From assembly GCF_001194135.2 (NCBI RefSeq), contig NC_068997.1, positions 19,680,250-19,731,054 of the forward strand: a DNA stretch of 50,805 bases, given 5' to 3'. Shown in pieces: positions 1 to 11,792 of this stretch. This stretch comes from Octopus bimaculoides. Its lineage: Eukaryota. The position numbers and the translations under genes are program-made. Each line of letters starts with the position of its first letter. Position 1 is the stretch's first letter. The notes beneath the pieces are model-generated. The model did no database searches. It worked only from the letters and a program-made list of their open reading frames with translations, and was not told the DNA's origin.

Positions 1-68
1 TTTGATTTTGTTGACTACACAGTATTGTAGGGTCAGTTGGACACCGTCTATGAGAAAAAAACAGCATC

Positions 69-385
69 ATGGTGCAATTCACTCTGCCAGAAATTTGGAA
101 ACAACATGCTGTACTGCTTGGCATTCGTGCCAGAAGCTCATACACAGACATTTCAGCGTGTTTGGGTGTCAATCTGAGGACAGTGCAGAGGATTTGGAAA
201 GAGTTGAATGAGTCTAATGGTGATTATGAAGGTACAGCAGCTTGGAAAACTCACTCGGATTGTTCTGATAAGAAAAGAACTCCTGAGTTTGTTGGTGAGA
301 TCCAAACCACCATTGACAACGATCCTTCCAAGTCAATCAGGTCCATTACCAGGGACATGGGAATGTCTGAATTTCTTATCAGGTC
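69..385 (+). pseudogene. Tc1/mariner-superfamily transposase N-terminal HTH fragment, truncated (possibly DD37D/maT-like)
   Basis: ORF 69-413 reads ISACLGVNLRTVQRIWKEL...KKRTPEFVGEIQTTIDNDPSKSIRSITRDMGMSEFLIR, a paired HTH pattern. Similarity stops near 385 and no DDD domain follows. Confidence 0.7.
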
Positions 386-1737
386 AGTTGGGCCCCAATT
401 AGGTGGCCCTTAAAAAAATAGAACCCCCCCCCCCCATCCCTTAGGACATTCCCCGAGATTAGGGAGTTGCTGGTTTTAGTTTCATTGTTGTTACACCAAC
501 GATCTAGGAGAAGTTAATGAACATAAAAACATAACGGACNNNNNNNNNNNNNNNNNNNNNNNNNNNNNNNNNNNNNNNNNNNNNNNNNNNNNNNNNNNNN
601 NNNNNNNNNNNNNNNNNNNNNNNNNNNNNNNNNNNNNNNNNNNNNNNNNNNNNNNNNNNNNNNNNNNNNNNNNNNNNNNNNNNNNNNNNNNNNNNNNNNN
701 NNNNNNNNNNNNNNNNNNNNNNNNNNNNNNNNNNNNNNNNNNNNNNNNNNNNNNNNNNNNNNNNNNNNNNNNNNNNNNNNNNNNNNNNNNNNNNNNNNNN
801 NNNNNNNNNNNNNNNNNNNNNNNNNNNNNNNNNNNNNNNNNNNNNNNNNNNNNNNNNNNNNNNNNNNNNNNNNNNNNNNNNNNNNNNNNNNNNNNNNNNN
901 NNNNNNNNNNNNNNNNNNNNNNNNNNNNNNNNNNNNNNNNNNNNNNNNNNNNNNNNNNNNNNNNNNNNNNNNNNNNNNNNNNNNNNNNNNNNNNNNNNNN
1001 NNNNNNNNNNNNNNNNNNNNNNNNNNNNNNNNNNNNNNNNNNNNNNNNNNNNNNNNNNNNNNNNNNNNNNNNNNNNNNNNNNNNNNNNNNNNNNNNNNNN
1101 NNNNNNNNNNNNNNNNNNNNNNNNNNNNNNNNNNNNNNNNNNNNNNNNNNNNNNNNNNNNNNNNNNNNNNNNNNNNNNNNNNNNNNNNNNNNNNNNNNNN
1201 NNNNNNNNNNNNNNNNNNNNNNNNNNNNNNNNNNNNNNNNNNNNNNNNNNNNNNNNNNNNNNNNNNNNNNNNNNNNNNNNNNNNNNNNNNNNNNNNNNNN
1301 NNNNNNNNNNNNNNNNNNNNNNNNNNNNNNNNNNNNNNNNNNNNNNNNNNNNNNNNNNNNNNNNNNNNNNNNNNNNNNNNNNNNNNNNNNNNNNNNNNNN
1401 NNNNNNNNNNNNNNNNNNNNNNNNNNNNNNNNNNNNNNNNNNNNNNNNNNNNNNNNNNNNNNNNNNNNNNNNNNNNNNNNNNNNNNNNNNNNNNGTACTG
1501 GTAGTCTTTTTTCTCTTTTTTCACCTCATCTTGTTGAATGCTAATAAAGACAAGTCCTGCTAATGTTTTCGTTTTACCCTTTTTTTTCTTTTTTTATCTT
1601 GTTGTCAGTACTTCGTTTCTTTGCTTTTTCTGTTATTTAAATGGAACCTTTCATTCCAAATAGCTTTGTTGTCGATTTGTCATGTTCAAGATTCAATGCT
1701 GCTGCTGCTGCTGTTGATCTTGTTAATGTTGTATTTG

Positions 1738-1800
1738 CTTAGTCCTGGGTTATACCTGATTGAGTAGACCTATGATCGAAAGTGTTCCAGCCTTGATCAT
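1738..1800 (-). repeat. Short ~65-bp dispersed repeat, copy 1 (probable retroelement 3' end)
   Basis: Similar to 11888-11945, 17066-17130 and 34679-34745 (core gagcagacctatgatcaaag..ttccagccatgacc). Confidence 0.55.
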
Positions 1801-1884
1801 TTCATTTATTTTTATATTTCTTTTAGGCAGCATAATGTATCCAGGACTACTTTAAGCTGCAAAATGGTAATAATGACTGACTTA

Positions 1885-1940
1885 GGAGGGAAATCTAATT
1901 GCTATTTTTAGCACGTTGAATGGCCATGTAGAAGCTCCCT
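1885..1940. repeat. Short ~55-bp dispersed repeat
   Basis: ggagggaaatctaattgctatttttagca...gctccct matches 12213-12280 (gagggagatttaactgctatttctagca...gctccct). Confidence 0.55.
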
Positions 1941-2043
1941 CTTTGGCTTGGTTCCTCCCTGTCTGTATAAACAAGTTGTTCTATATGTGAACACATGCAC
2001 ATGTGTGCATTCATACATACATATGTATGTATGTATATAGACA

Positions 2044-2395
2044 CAGGAGTGGCTGTGTGGTAAGTAGCTTGCTTACCAACCACATGGTCCCAGGTTCAGT
2101 CCCACTGTGTGGAACCTTGGGCAAGTGACTTCTACTATAGCCTCGGGCCAACCAAAGCATTGTAAGTGGAATTGGTAGATGGAAACTGTGTTTGTGTGTC
2201 CGTAATTGTCCCCTTACCGTCGCTTGACAACCGATGCTGGTGTGTTTACGTCCCCATAACTTAGCAGTTTGGCATAAGAGACTGATGGAATAAGTACTAG
2301 TCTGACAAAGAATCCTGGGTTTGATTTGTTCTACTAAAGGCAATGCTCCAGCATGGCTGCAGTCAAATGACTGAAACAAATAAAAGAAAAGAATA
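2044..2395 (+). mobile_element. tRNA-derived SINE family A, near full length
   Basis: Head gagtggctgtgtggtaag...ggttcagtccc (A/B-box-like), body, and 3' gctccagcatggctgcagtcaaatgactgaaacaaataaaag. More than 10 related copies in the window. Confidence 0.85.
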
Positions 2396-2927
2396 TATTC
2401 ATACACACACATATACATACATACATACATACCTACACACACACACATACATACATACATACATACATACACACACATACATACATACATACATACATAC
2501 ATAGAACATGGTGTTGTTGGCGTTGTTTTCTTCTATTGTGGTAATTTCTCTTTAATATGCTTCAATCTAACAATGGTAGTTTTGCAACATGAGCTGGGAA
2601 AGTGGAGAGGTGCTAGAGGTGGTAGTGTCAGTTGTGGTGATGGTGGTGGTGGTGGTTGTGGTGTTGTGATGTACTTGCATAGCAAGCTGACTATCTGACT
2701 GCTTATTGACCTTAATTTCTGTTTCCATAGTTACCTTTCTGTCATCAAAAATCTTAAGCTTCTGGACATTACATATGTATATTTATGTGTGCCTATGTCC
2801 ATTAATGTGTATGTGTATATATGTATGTATTTATCTATATATCTATCTATCTATCTATCTATCTGTCATTTATCTATATCTGTCTATCTATCTATCTACC
2901 CGTCTGTTTGTCAGTCAGTCTATCACA

Positions 2928-2958
<31 letters not shown>

Positions 2959-3680
2959 CCTCTCTCTCTATCTATGTATATATACATATATATANNNNNN
3001 NNNNNNNNNNNNNNNNNNNNNNNNNNNNNNNNNNNNNNNNNNNNNNNNNNNNNNNNNNNNNNNNNNNNNNNNNNNNNNNNNNNNNNNNNNNNNNNNNNNN
3101 NNNNNNNNNNNNNNNNNNNNNNNNNNNNNNNNNNNNNNNNNNNNNNNNNNNNNNNNNNNNNNNNNNNNNNNNNNNNNNNNNNNNNNNNNNNNNNNNNNNN
3201 NNNNNNNNNNNNNNNNNNNNNNNNNNNNNNNNNNNNNNNNNNNNNNNNNNNNNNNNNNNNNNNNNNNNNNNNNNNNNNNNNNNNNNNNNNNNNNNNNNNN
3301 NNNNNNNNNNNNNNNNNNNNNNNNNNNNNNNNNNNNNNNNNNNNNNNNNNNNNNNNNNNNNNNNNNNNNNNNNNNNNNNNNNNNNNNNNNNNNNNNNNNN
3401 NNNNNNNNNNNNNNNNNNNNNNNNNNNNNNNNNNNNNNNNNNNNNNNNNNNNNNNNNNNNNNNNNNNNNNNNNNNNNNNNNNNNNNNNNNNNNNNNNNNN
3501 NNNNNNNNNNNNNNNNNNNNNNNNNNNNNNNNNNNNNNNNNNNNNNNNNNNNNNNNNNNNNNNNNNNNNNNNNNNNNNNNNNNNNNNNNNNNNNNNNNNN
3601 NNNNNNNNNNNNNNNNNNNNNNNNNNNNNNNNNNNNATACTTCTTTTATTTTTCAAAATTAAGATAAACAAAGTTCTTTT

Positions 3681-4268
3681 TTAATCTAAAATATATCCTC
3701 CTTCATTTTCTACTATGCTCTTCCATCTATTTGGTAGACTTGCAAGGTCTCTCTTCCAAAATTCATTTGTCTGTGATAAAAATTACTCCTCCAGCATTGT
3801 TCTGACCTCATCTACAGAATTTATGTTTTTTCCGTCCAAATGATTTTGAAGACAGCGGAATAAATGATAATCAGATGGGGCAATATCTGGTGAATATGGT
3901 GGGTGGGGCATCGTTTTCCATTCAAACTGCTCCAGCCTTTGGAACATCATCCTTGCTGTATGTGACTAAGTGTTAATCTGATGGAAGAACACCTTTTATC
4001 TTCCAACTAAAGGTGGTCGTTTTTCTTCTCGTGCTGACTGAAGCTGCTCAAGCTGCTTGCAGCTGATCTCCTTTGTTCTCGTTTAGTTTTGGTTTAAAAG
4101 TTAAAAGTGGACTAAACCTTTCATATCCCACCAAACAAATAACAACACCTTACATGGGTGAAGGCCTTCTTTAGCCTCGGGTGCTAGTGTTTCTCCTTTC
4201 CCTACCCATTGTCTTCGGCCCATGACATTTTAATAGAGAACCCATTTCTGATCACCAGTCACTATTTG
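3681..4268 (-). pseudogene. Degenerate mariner (DD34D) transposase, catalytic and C-terminal part
   Basis: Minus-strand translation gives QIVTGDQKWVLY, KVLLFVWWDMKG, FHQINT*SHTA...HPPYSPDIAPSDYHLF and FWKRDLASLPNRWKSIVENEGGYILD*. Contains stops and frameshifts. Confidence 0.92.
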
Positions 4269-4403
4269 GTCACAATTTCCAATAGTTAATTCCTTCACTG
4301 AGATCCCCACTGTTCGTGTTAACATAGTTCATATGATAAACAGGAATTAAAGAAAATATCATTTTTCATCTCTGTACATCTGTAATTATGTGTTTATAGA
4401 AGT

Positions 4404-4730
4404 TGGCTCAGTCGTTTTAGCGTCAGGCTCACAATCATGAGGTAGTGAGTTTGATTCTCTAACCGGGCTGTGTCTTGTGTTCTTGAGCAAGAAACTTTAT
4501 TTCAATTTGCTTCAGTTCACTCAGCTGTAGAGATGAGTTGCAACATCACTGGTGCAAAGCTGTATTGGCCTTTGCCTTTCCCTTGGATAACATTGGTGGC
4601 GTGAAGAGGGATGATTGGTATGCATGGGCGACTGCTGATCTTCCATAAACAACTTTGCTCAAACTTGTGCCTTGGAGGGTAACTTTCTAGGTGAAATCCC
4701 ATGGTCGGTCATGACTGAAGGGGGTCTTTT
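4404..4730 (+). mobile_element. tRNA-derived SINE family D with Nin/Deu-like central block
   Basis: tRNA-like head (ggctcagtcgttttag...gtttgattc) followed by ttgagcaagaaactttatttc...cactcagctgtag. Related head at 14405. Confidence 0.7.
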
Positions 4731-4817
4731 AATACTCAGAGTTACAGATATATTTAGTGATGAAAAACAATGCAGAGGAAATAATAAGTTAATACAACCA
4801 CATGTTTGAACCTAAAA

Positions 4818-5073
4818 CAGTGTTTCTCAACCATTTTTTACCTATGATCCCCTTTGATTCTTGTCTTACTAAGATGGACTCTACTAGCCATTCAATGATA
4901 AAAAGAATAATCTTATTATATTTTTATAATCAAATATTAGGAATTGCATAAAAATAATTATTAAAATATTTTGTGTATTGTAGAAATATAACCAATTTAT
5001 TGCGGATAAATTTTAATAACAAAATCTTAAGTGGACCCCAAAGGGCCATGTGGACCCCAGCTGAGAAATATTG
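4818..5073. mobile_element. Non-autonomous hAT-type MITE
   Basis: Ends cagtgtttctcaac / gctgagaaatattg are an imperfect inverted pair. Flanks acctaaaa / gcctagag match 5/8. Second copy inverted at 22210-22746. Confidence 0.7.
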
Positions 5074-5789
5074 GCCTAGAGTAAGTTTTTTTACAATATG
5101 ATTTTTTTTCATTACATACTAAGCATGCAATTCAATTCACTGTTGTGCTGAGGTACGAAATCTTCTGATGTGTATAGATGTGTATATATGATATACTAAG
5201 AACTTTCATGTAGCTAAGTTAAGCCAACATAATACTTGATTTCTTCATAAAATTCAACTCTGCTTTTGAGTGCATGGTATTATTCTAAATCTATTTATTG
5301 AGTGAGTAAGTAGTGGTAGACAAATAAAGGATACAAAAGAAAATTACATGTAAGACATCAGGAAAATTACACAAATTGGGAATCAAATGTAAATATTATT
5401 CAGTGACTTTCGGAAAACCGCTTAGAGGGCGGTGTTTTAGCAAGTATTTTTATAATAGGAAAATAAAGCAAAAGAAAAAAAAAACTAGAACAGCATATTA
5501 ATGGTTTCCTAGCTTCTGCAACTAAGGTCACTAGACGGTCTGTGATATGAGTTTTTCTGAACAAAATGTATGAAATGCCATTATTGGTTCTGGTCAAAGA
5601 AAAAGCATTTGTCTGGAATAAAAGGAGGGTACAGGCAGCATTTTGAAGTGTGCTATGCAGTTCTGTGTGGCTCTTTATCGTTTTTATTTTGGTTGCAAAT
5701 GATGGGGTTTGGCGATGCAAATGTGAAAAATAGAAATTAGAATGTATGTCAATTACATATATTTATTGATCAAATGCGAAGATACATAA

Positions 5790-6025
5790 GTTTTGTGAGG
5801 CATATTATATACATACATACATACATACATACATCATGTGTGTGTGTGTATATATGTATATATACATATATATACACACATACGTACAGAAAGAGAGAGA
5901 TCATGAAGGAAAGAGAATTTATTGAAAAACTGTCATACTCATTGTCAAAACCAATGGAGGTCTATGTACTTTATATGAACACATGTTGATCCTTGAATGT
6001 ATATATACATTTATGTATGTGTTGT

Positions 6026-6056
<31 letters not shown>

Positions 6057-6164
6057 ACATATATGTATATATGTACACATAGTACATGTGTATTTGCATT
6101 GATATGCATACAGGTATGTGCTTGCTTAAATTACATACATATATGATTTATATGTTTATATATA

Positions 6165-6215
<51 letters not shown>

Positions 6216-6659
6216 CTGTGTGTCTGTGTGTGTACATATATAGACCTCTGTATGTTTATATACAAATATATACAGAAGTAAAAAGTGCATACAGATTTAT
6301 GTATATATGTATATGCGTATNNNNNNNNNNGCGTATATACATACATGCTTACATACATACATACATATGTATAGATACATCCACACAAAATGAATTTCTA
6401 TTACGTATTGTCTATATGTATATAGACATGCATGTAAGTGGTATGTGTTGTCTTTCTGTTTGTCCACACACATGTATATGTATGTATATATGTATATGTA
6501 TATATGTATGTATTATATGTGTGTCTCATATATAAATACATACATACATGCATGCATACATATGTATATATGTATATACAGACAGATGTCTGTGCAGTTT
6601 ATCATGTTTTGTAAATTAGCAACTTAACTTATGGAACATCATGTATATTTGTTTAACTC

Positions 6660-6690
<31 letters not shown>

Positions 6691-6880
6691 TATTTGTGTT
6701 AGTATCTAAATTTGAGCTGATGTATATGTATGTTCCTTATTTCTGTGTGTGTACATATTTGTCGGTGATTGTCACTATGTGTGTATTGTCATTATATAAA
6801 CTATGTAAAGATTGTATGTATGTATCCATGTATGTATGTGTGTGTATGTATGTATGTGTACTATTACTTTTGCTCCGTCA
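5790..6880. repeat. Compound (TA)n/(CA)n/(TG)n/(CATA)n low-complexity tract
   Basis: Directly visible; source of the spurious YI/CV/HT-rich ORFs. Confidence 0.95.
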
Positions 6881-8436
6881 TGCTTATACTCATTTGTATA
6901 GTATACAAAGAATTTTTTTTTTCCCCTTTGTAGGAACATCCATTTTAAATGAATATTGACTTCTTTTCTGAGAATCGCAAATTGGATGCATGTAATTTGA
7001 GTCTTATTTTTCTCTCACAACTTTTAGTATTCAACAAACACATCTACTTTTTGCTCTTTTTTGCCTTTCTTCATCATTTATGCCATTTTCTCTACATTAA
7101 CAATAAAATTGTTTCATTTTTATATTGAAAGTTTAACGTCTTTTTTTAAATTTATTTTGTCTACCACCACACCCCACCACATCCCCTTCTTGTCCTGTCC
7201 TTTGTTTTACCTATTATTATCTATTAATGCCAGCTTGCAAATATATATATATATANNNNNNNNNNNNNNNNNNNNNNNNNNNNNNNNNNNNNNNNNNNNN
7301 NNNNNNNNNNNNNNNNNNNNNNNNNNNNNNNNNNNNNNNNNNNNNNNNNNNNNNNNNNNNNNNNNNNNNNNNNNNNNNNNNNNNNNNNNNNNNNNNNNNN
7401 NNNNNNNNNNNNNNNNNNNNNNNNNNNNNNNNNNNNNNNNNNNNNNNNNNNNNNNNNNNNNNNNNNNNNNNNNNNNNNNNNNNNNNNNNNNNNNNNNNNN
7501 NNNNNNNNNNNNNNNNNNNNNNNNNNNNNNNNNNNNNNNNNNNNNNNNNNNNNNNNNNNNNNNNNNNNNNNNNNNNNNNNNNNNNNNNNNNNNNNNNNNN
7601 NNNNNNNNNNNNNNNNNNNNNNNNNNNNNNNNNNNNNNNNNNNNNNNNNNNNNNNNNNNNNNNNNNNNNNNNNNNNNNNNNNNNNNNNNNNNNNNNNNNN
7701 NNNNNNNNNNNNNNNNNNNNNNNNNNNNNNNNNNNNNNNNNNNNNNNNNNNNNNNNNNNNNNNNNNNNNNNNNNNNNNNNNNNNNNNNNNNNNNNNNNNN
7801 NNNNNNNNNNNNNNNNNNNNNNNNNNNNNNNNNNNNNNNNNNNNNNNNNNNNNNNNNNNNNNNNNNNNNNNNNNNNNNNNNNNNNNNNNNNNNNNNNNNN
7901 NNNNNNNNNNNNNNNNNNNNNNNNNNNNNNNNNNNNNNNNNNNNNNNNNNNNNNNNNNNNNNNNNNNNNCTCATCAATGTCATCATCATTCTAATATTTA
8001 CTCTTTAATGCTTTCATGGGTTTGATGAGATTCATTGAGGCAAATTTTCTCTTGCCAGATGCTTTTTCCTCTTATCAACCCTCCAATGAGAAATTGCGGA
8101 AAAAGCAGTAGTGCTTGTATGACAAAGTGGCAGAAAAACACACTTATATATATATATATATATATATATATCATCATTCATCATCATTTCATTTAATGTC
8201 CGCTTTCTATGCTACCATGGGTTGGACGATTTTTTTCACTTAATTTTCACTTTATTTTTGAGAGTAGCCAGATTCATATTTAGTATTCTCATTTGTCAGA
8301 GCAGTCGATTTCATTTCAGATATTCTCATTTTAAAAATCATCTCTGGCTAATCTTTGAGAAGACATGGGTGTTGCTTTGGCAAAGGTTTGTGCTCTTTGA
8401 GCGCTCTTGTTATTAGTATTATTATCATTATTATTA

Positions 8437-8605
8437 GTGGCAAGCTGGTGGAATCATTAGGACACTTTGCAGCATTTCATCTGTCTCTGTGTTCTGAGTT
8501 CAAACTCTGCCAAGGTTGATAAAATAAGTACCAGTTACGTACTGGTGTCAGTGTAATCAACTCACCCCTCTCTTGAACTTGCTGACCTTGTGCCGTTATT
8601 TGAAA
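8437..8605 (+). mobile_element. tRNA-derived SINE family B, degenerate copy
   Basis: ggcaagctggtggaatcattag...ctgagttcaaactctgccaaggttgataaaataagtaccag. Confidence 0.75.
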
Positions 8606-8626
8606 TTATTTATAATTACTATTATT

Positions 8627-8840
8627 AAGGCCGCAAGCTGGCAGAATCATTAGCATGCCAGGCAAAATGCTTAGCGGCATTTCGTCTGTCTCTACATTCT
8701 GAGTTCAAATCCCGCTGAGGTTGACTTTGCCTTTCATCCTTTCAGGGTCATAGATTAAATACCAGTGAAACACTGCAGTTGATCTAATCAACTAGTCCCC
8801 TCCCCACAAATTTCAATCTTTGTGCCTTTAGTAGAAAGGA
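8627..8840 (+). mobile_element. tRNA-derived SINE family B, near full length (Meta/MESC-like central domain)
   Basis: ggccgcaagctggcagaatcattagc...gttcaaatccc...tttgcctttcatcctttcagggtc...; about 10 related copies in the window. Confidence 0.85.
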
Positions 8841-8889
8841 TTATTGTTGTTGTTGTTGTTGTTGTTATTATTATCATTATTATTATTAG

Positions 8890-9310
8890 CGTATGCCATC
8901 AAAGTGACACTGGGGTACAAATATATGAAGCCCAGTATATCCGGCATGACTACCTGTCTGATAAGGGTACACTAGGTACATGCATCACAATCATGTGTGC
9001 GCAACATGGTGATTTCATATCAAGATAAACAGTGCAAGACTTTGCAGGTGGGAACCAGTTAGAAATTCCTTCTGGTCAAGTCACCCATCCTGCACAAAAG
9101 GTCACTCAATAATGGTTGTTTAAGGAGGATGAAGAAAATACCCATGCTTCCAGAGGTGAATTACTCAAATCCTCAAAGAATTCCTCTAAACATATGGCTA
9201 TGATGTTTCCCCACTACTCCTGCTCATGATCTGAGATGCACATATCATCAGTCACTAACAGACATGCTCAACTGGTTCAGGTGAAGCAACTGACAAACAA
9301 ATCTGGAATT
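8890..9310. repeat. Probable unclassified interspersed repeat
   Basis: GC-richer block bounded by (TTG/TTA)n tracts with no open frame. Recalled as a multi-copy octopus sequence, but there is no second copy in this window. Confidence 0.4.
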
Positions 9311-10450
9311 GTGCAGAATATTATTATTGTTGTTGTTGTTGTTGTTGTTGTCGTTGCTGCCACTGTCGCTGCTACTGCTGTTGATGTTGTTAATATTATA
9401 TCTGGAGTTGAAGGAATATTTTCAAACTAGCTGTATAATGGAATCAAAATTACAATACTTGGATTTAATGGTAAAAAGTTTCTTTTGATTATATTGCTGT
9501 TAGAAGATTTTGGAGCAGTTTCAGCGTCCATTTAATTTTTCTTCAGGGTGGAAAAATGAAGTTTGTATTCAGACATTTTACATTATTATATTTCATAACA
9601 TTTCTACTAACTTATGATTCAACATGGCTTCTTGTATTGTGGTAGTGGGGAGAGTTGCTCACTACAATGGTGGTAGCATTCACATGAATAAATGTTTTCC
9701 AGCTAAAAATTTGTGAAAAATATAATGAAATATCAGCACAGATTTTTAAAAAAATGGAAGACAAAGACCCCCAAAACAAACAAGAAATGAATACAAACAT
9801 CATCAAATAAATGCACAAAAAAAAAGATTGTAAAAAAATGGACACTTGCAACAAAAATGGTTAACAACAACAACATCAACAACAATCACAGAAATTTTGA
9901 TAAACAAAAATAGTTTTGTATTTTGATTTTTTGTTAGAAATTTAAGTAGAGAACCTTCTTCATTTTATGTGAGTTTGACTTGTAACAGACAAATATAACT
10001 TATGGAGAATGTGGCTGAGTAAAATACAGTGTGGTAACACTATATTATAGAAATAAGAACATTTTTACTTGAAACTATCACACAAGTTCCAGAAGATTTA
10101 TTTGTGCATTACCGTAGCTACAAGAGCTTGTGCCTTTGAAGAAACAGTTGGAAGCAGTTCTGGTTGATGTGTGAAATGAGATCTCTTGTATTTGGTGCAG
10201 AAATTCATATGGGATATGGAACTATATTACTTTGCTTTTTAAAACGAAGAACCAGGTTAGGATATAAGTTGAGTTAGCACATTATACACCTGCTGTAGAC
10301 TAATTACATATATGGGGCAATGAAATATAAGGGTATGAAGAAAAGGCTTTAAAACTGGTGGTACATTGCAGAAAGTTCAATATTCTACTCACATAAAGGC
10401 AAAGCCCATTTAAGGGCCATTCTATCAAAAAGAGCTACAGAAACTGAAAA

Positions 10451-10711
10451 ATAAAAAATAAATACGCCTTTTTAAAGCCTGGCCAGGCTCGTGGGCCTGG
10501 TTTCCCGGTTTCAATGGCGTATGTGTTCCCCAGCTGGACGGGACACCAGTCCATCACAGTGTTACTCGTTTTTGCCAGCTGAGTGGACTGGAGCAACGGG
10601 AAATGAAGTGTTTTGCTGAAGAACACAATGCGTCGCCCGGTCCAGGAATTGAAACCACAAGCTTACGATCATGGTGCCGACACCCTAACCACTGAGCCAC
10701 GCGCCTCCACA
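10451..10711 (-). mobile_element. Young tRNA-derived SINE family C with 15-bp TSD
   Basis: Minus-strand head tggctcagtggttag (A box) and ggtttcaattcc (B box). CpGs retained. Direct repeat tacagaaactgaaaa at 10436-10450 and 10712-10726. Confidence 0.92.
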
Positions 10712-10949
10712 TACAGAAACTGAAAAGCTTAAAAAAAAATTTTTTAAAGTTAATGAAAAGTACATAACTAGTAACAACAAACTACAGGATTATACTTTTC
10801 CCAAGGTGCTACCAGTCACAGCTTTGAAAACAATTGCCTGGTTCTTGGTTCCAAGAGCTGGGCAGGTGGAACCTATGGGTCACCTTCCACTAGCCATAAT
10901 CTGCAGTGCCACCCTATCACCTTGCAGCAACGAAGAGTTGAAACTGCAA

Positions 10950-11150
10950 TCACAACAACCTCTACCACTACTACAACCACAACAGCCACCCACCATTATC
11001 ACTTTCACCACCACCAACACCACCACAGCAACAACCACAGTATCAAGCACCATCACCACCACAACCACCTCCACCATCACCACTACAACTGCAACAACCA
11101 AAACTATCACCACCACGACCACCACCACTACAACAACAACAGCAATAACC
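10950..11150. repeat. Degenerate (ACC/ACA/CAC)n trinucleotide tract
   Basis: Directly visible; yields poly-T or poly-H frames. Confidence 0.9.
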
Positions 11151-11747
11151 TCTGCTACTGGCAGTGAAATTTTTCAAGTGTCACTATTGATCCTTAAAGA
11201 GGAAACCATTGAACAAATATTGTAATCTCTCAGGACAAGAAAAACAACAACAACAACAGTAACAACAACAACAAGAGCTGCAAAGACACAGAAAGGAAAT
11301 GGTGTTGTTAGTTTTGTTGAATGGATGATAAATAGATAAAAAAAAACAACAACAAAAAAACAAACAAACAGTGCAGTTTTTGAGCAAGATAAAAGTTATT
11401 TTAAGTTGAATGTGGACTTCAAAATTAGTTGGACTCCCTGATAAAGCACTTATCTTATCTCCTCCTCCTCCTCCTCCTCCTCCTNNNNNNNNNNNNNNNN
11501 NNNNNNNNNNNNNNNNNNNNNNNNNNNNNNNNNNNNNNNNNNNNNNNNNNNNNNNNNNNNNNNNNNNNNNNNNNNNNNNNNNNTCTTCTTCTTCTTCTTC
11601 AGTTTAGGAAATTGTGAAACAAAGTGAGAGAGACAGAGCAAAAAACTTTCTGGCTTTTTTTGTTTTTTGTATGTTTATAGAAAAGAAAAGAAAAACTCTG
11701 TTGAATCCATTGCCAGCACAAAAATACTGTGGTGGTGTTGGTGGTTG

Positions 11748-11792
<45 letters not shown>

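Noticed and set aside
31-391. 10-bp direct repeat ggtcagttgg at 31-40 and 382-391 around the transposase fragment
   Set aside because: Tc1/mariner elements make TA duplications, and the first copy seems to lie inside the element; probably chance or microhomology.
9500-9550. Minus-strand CTGAAGA...GAAACTGCTC hammerhead-like spacing
   Set aside because: Core words are present but stems I, II and III do not pair convincingly.
9612-9710. Minus-strand acceptor followed by WKTFIHVNATTIVVSNSPHYHNTRSHVES*
   Set aside because: No recognisable homology and no partner exons; such signals are common by chance in AT-rich DNA.
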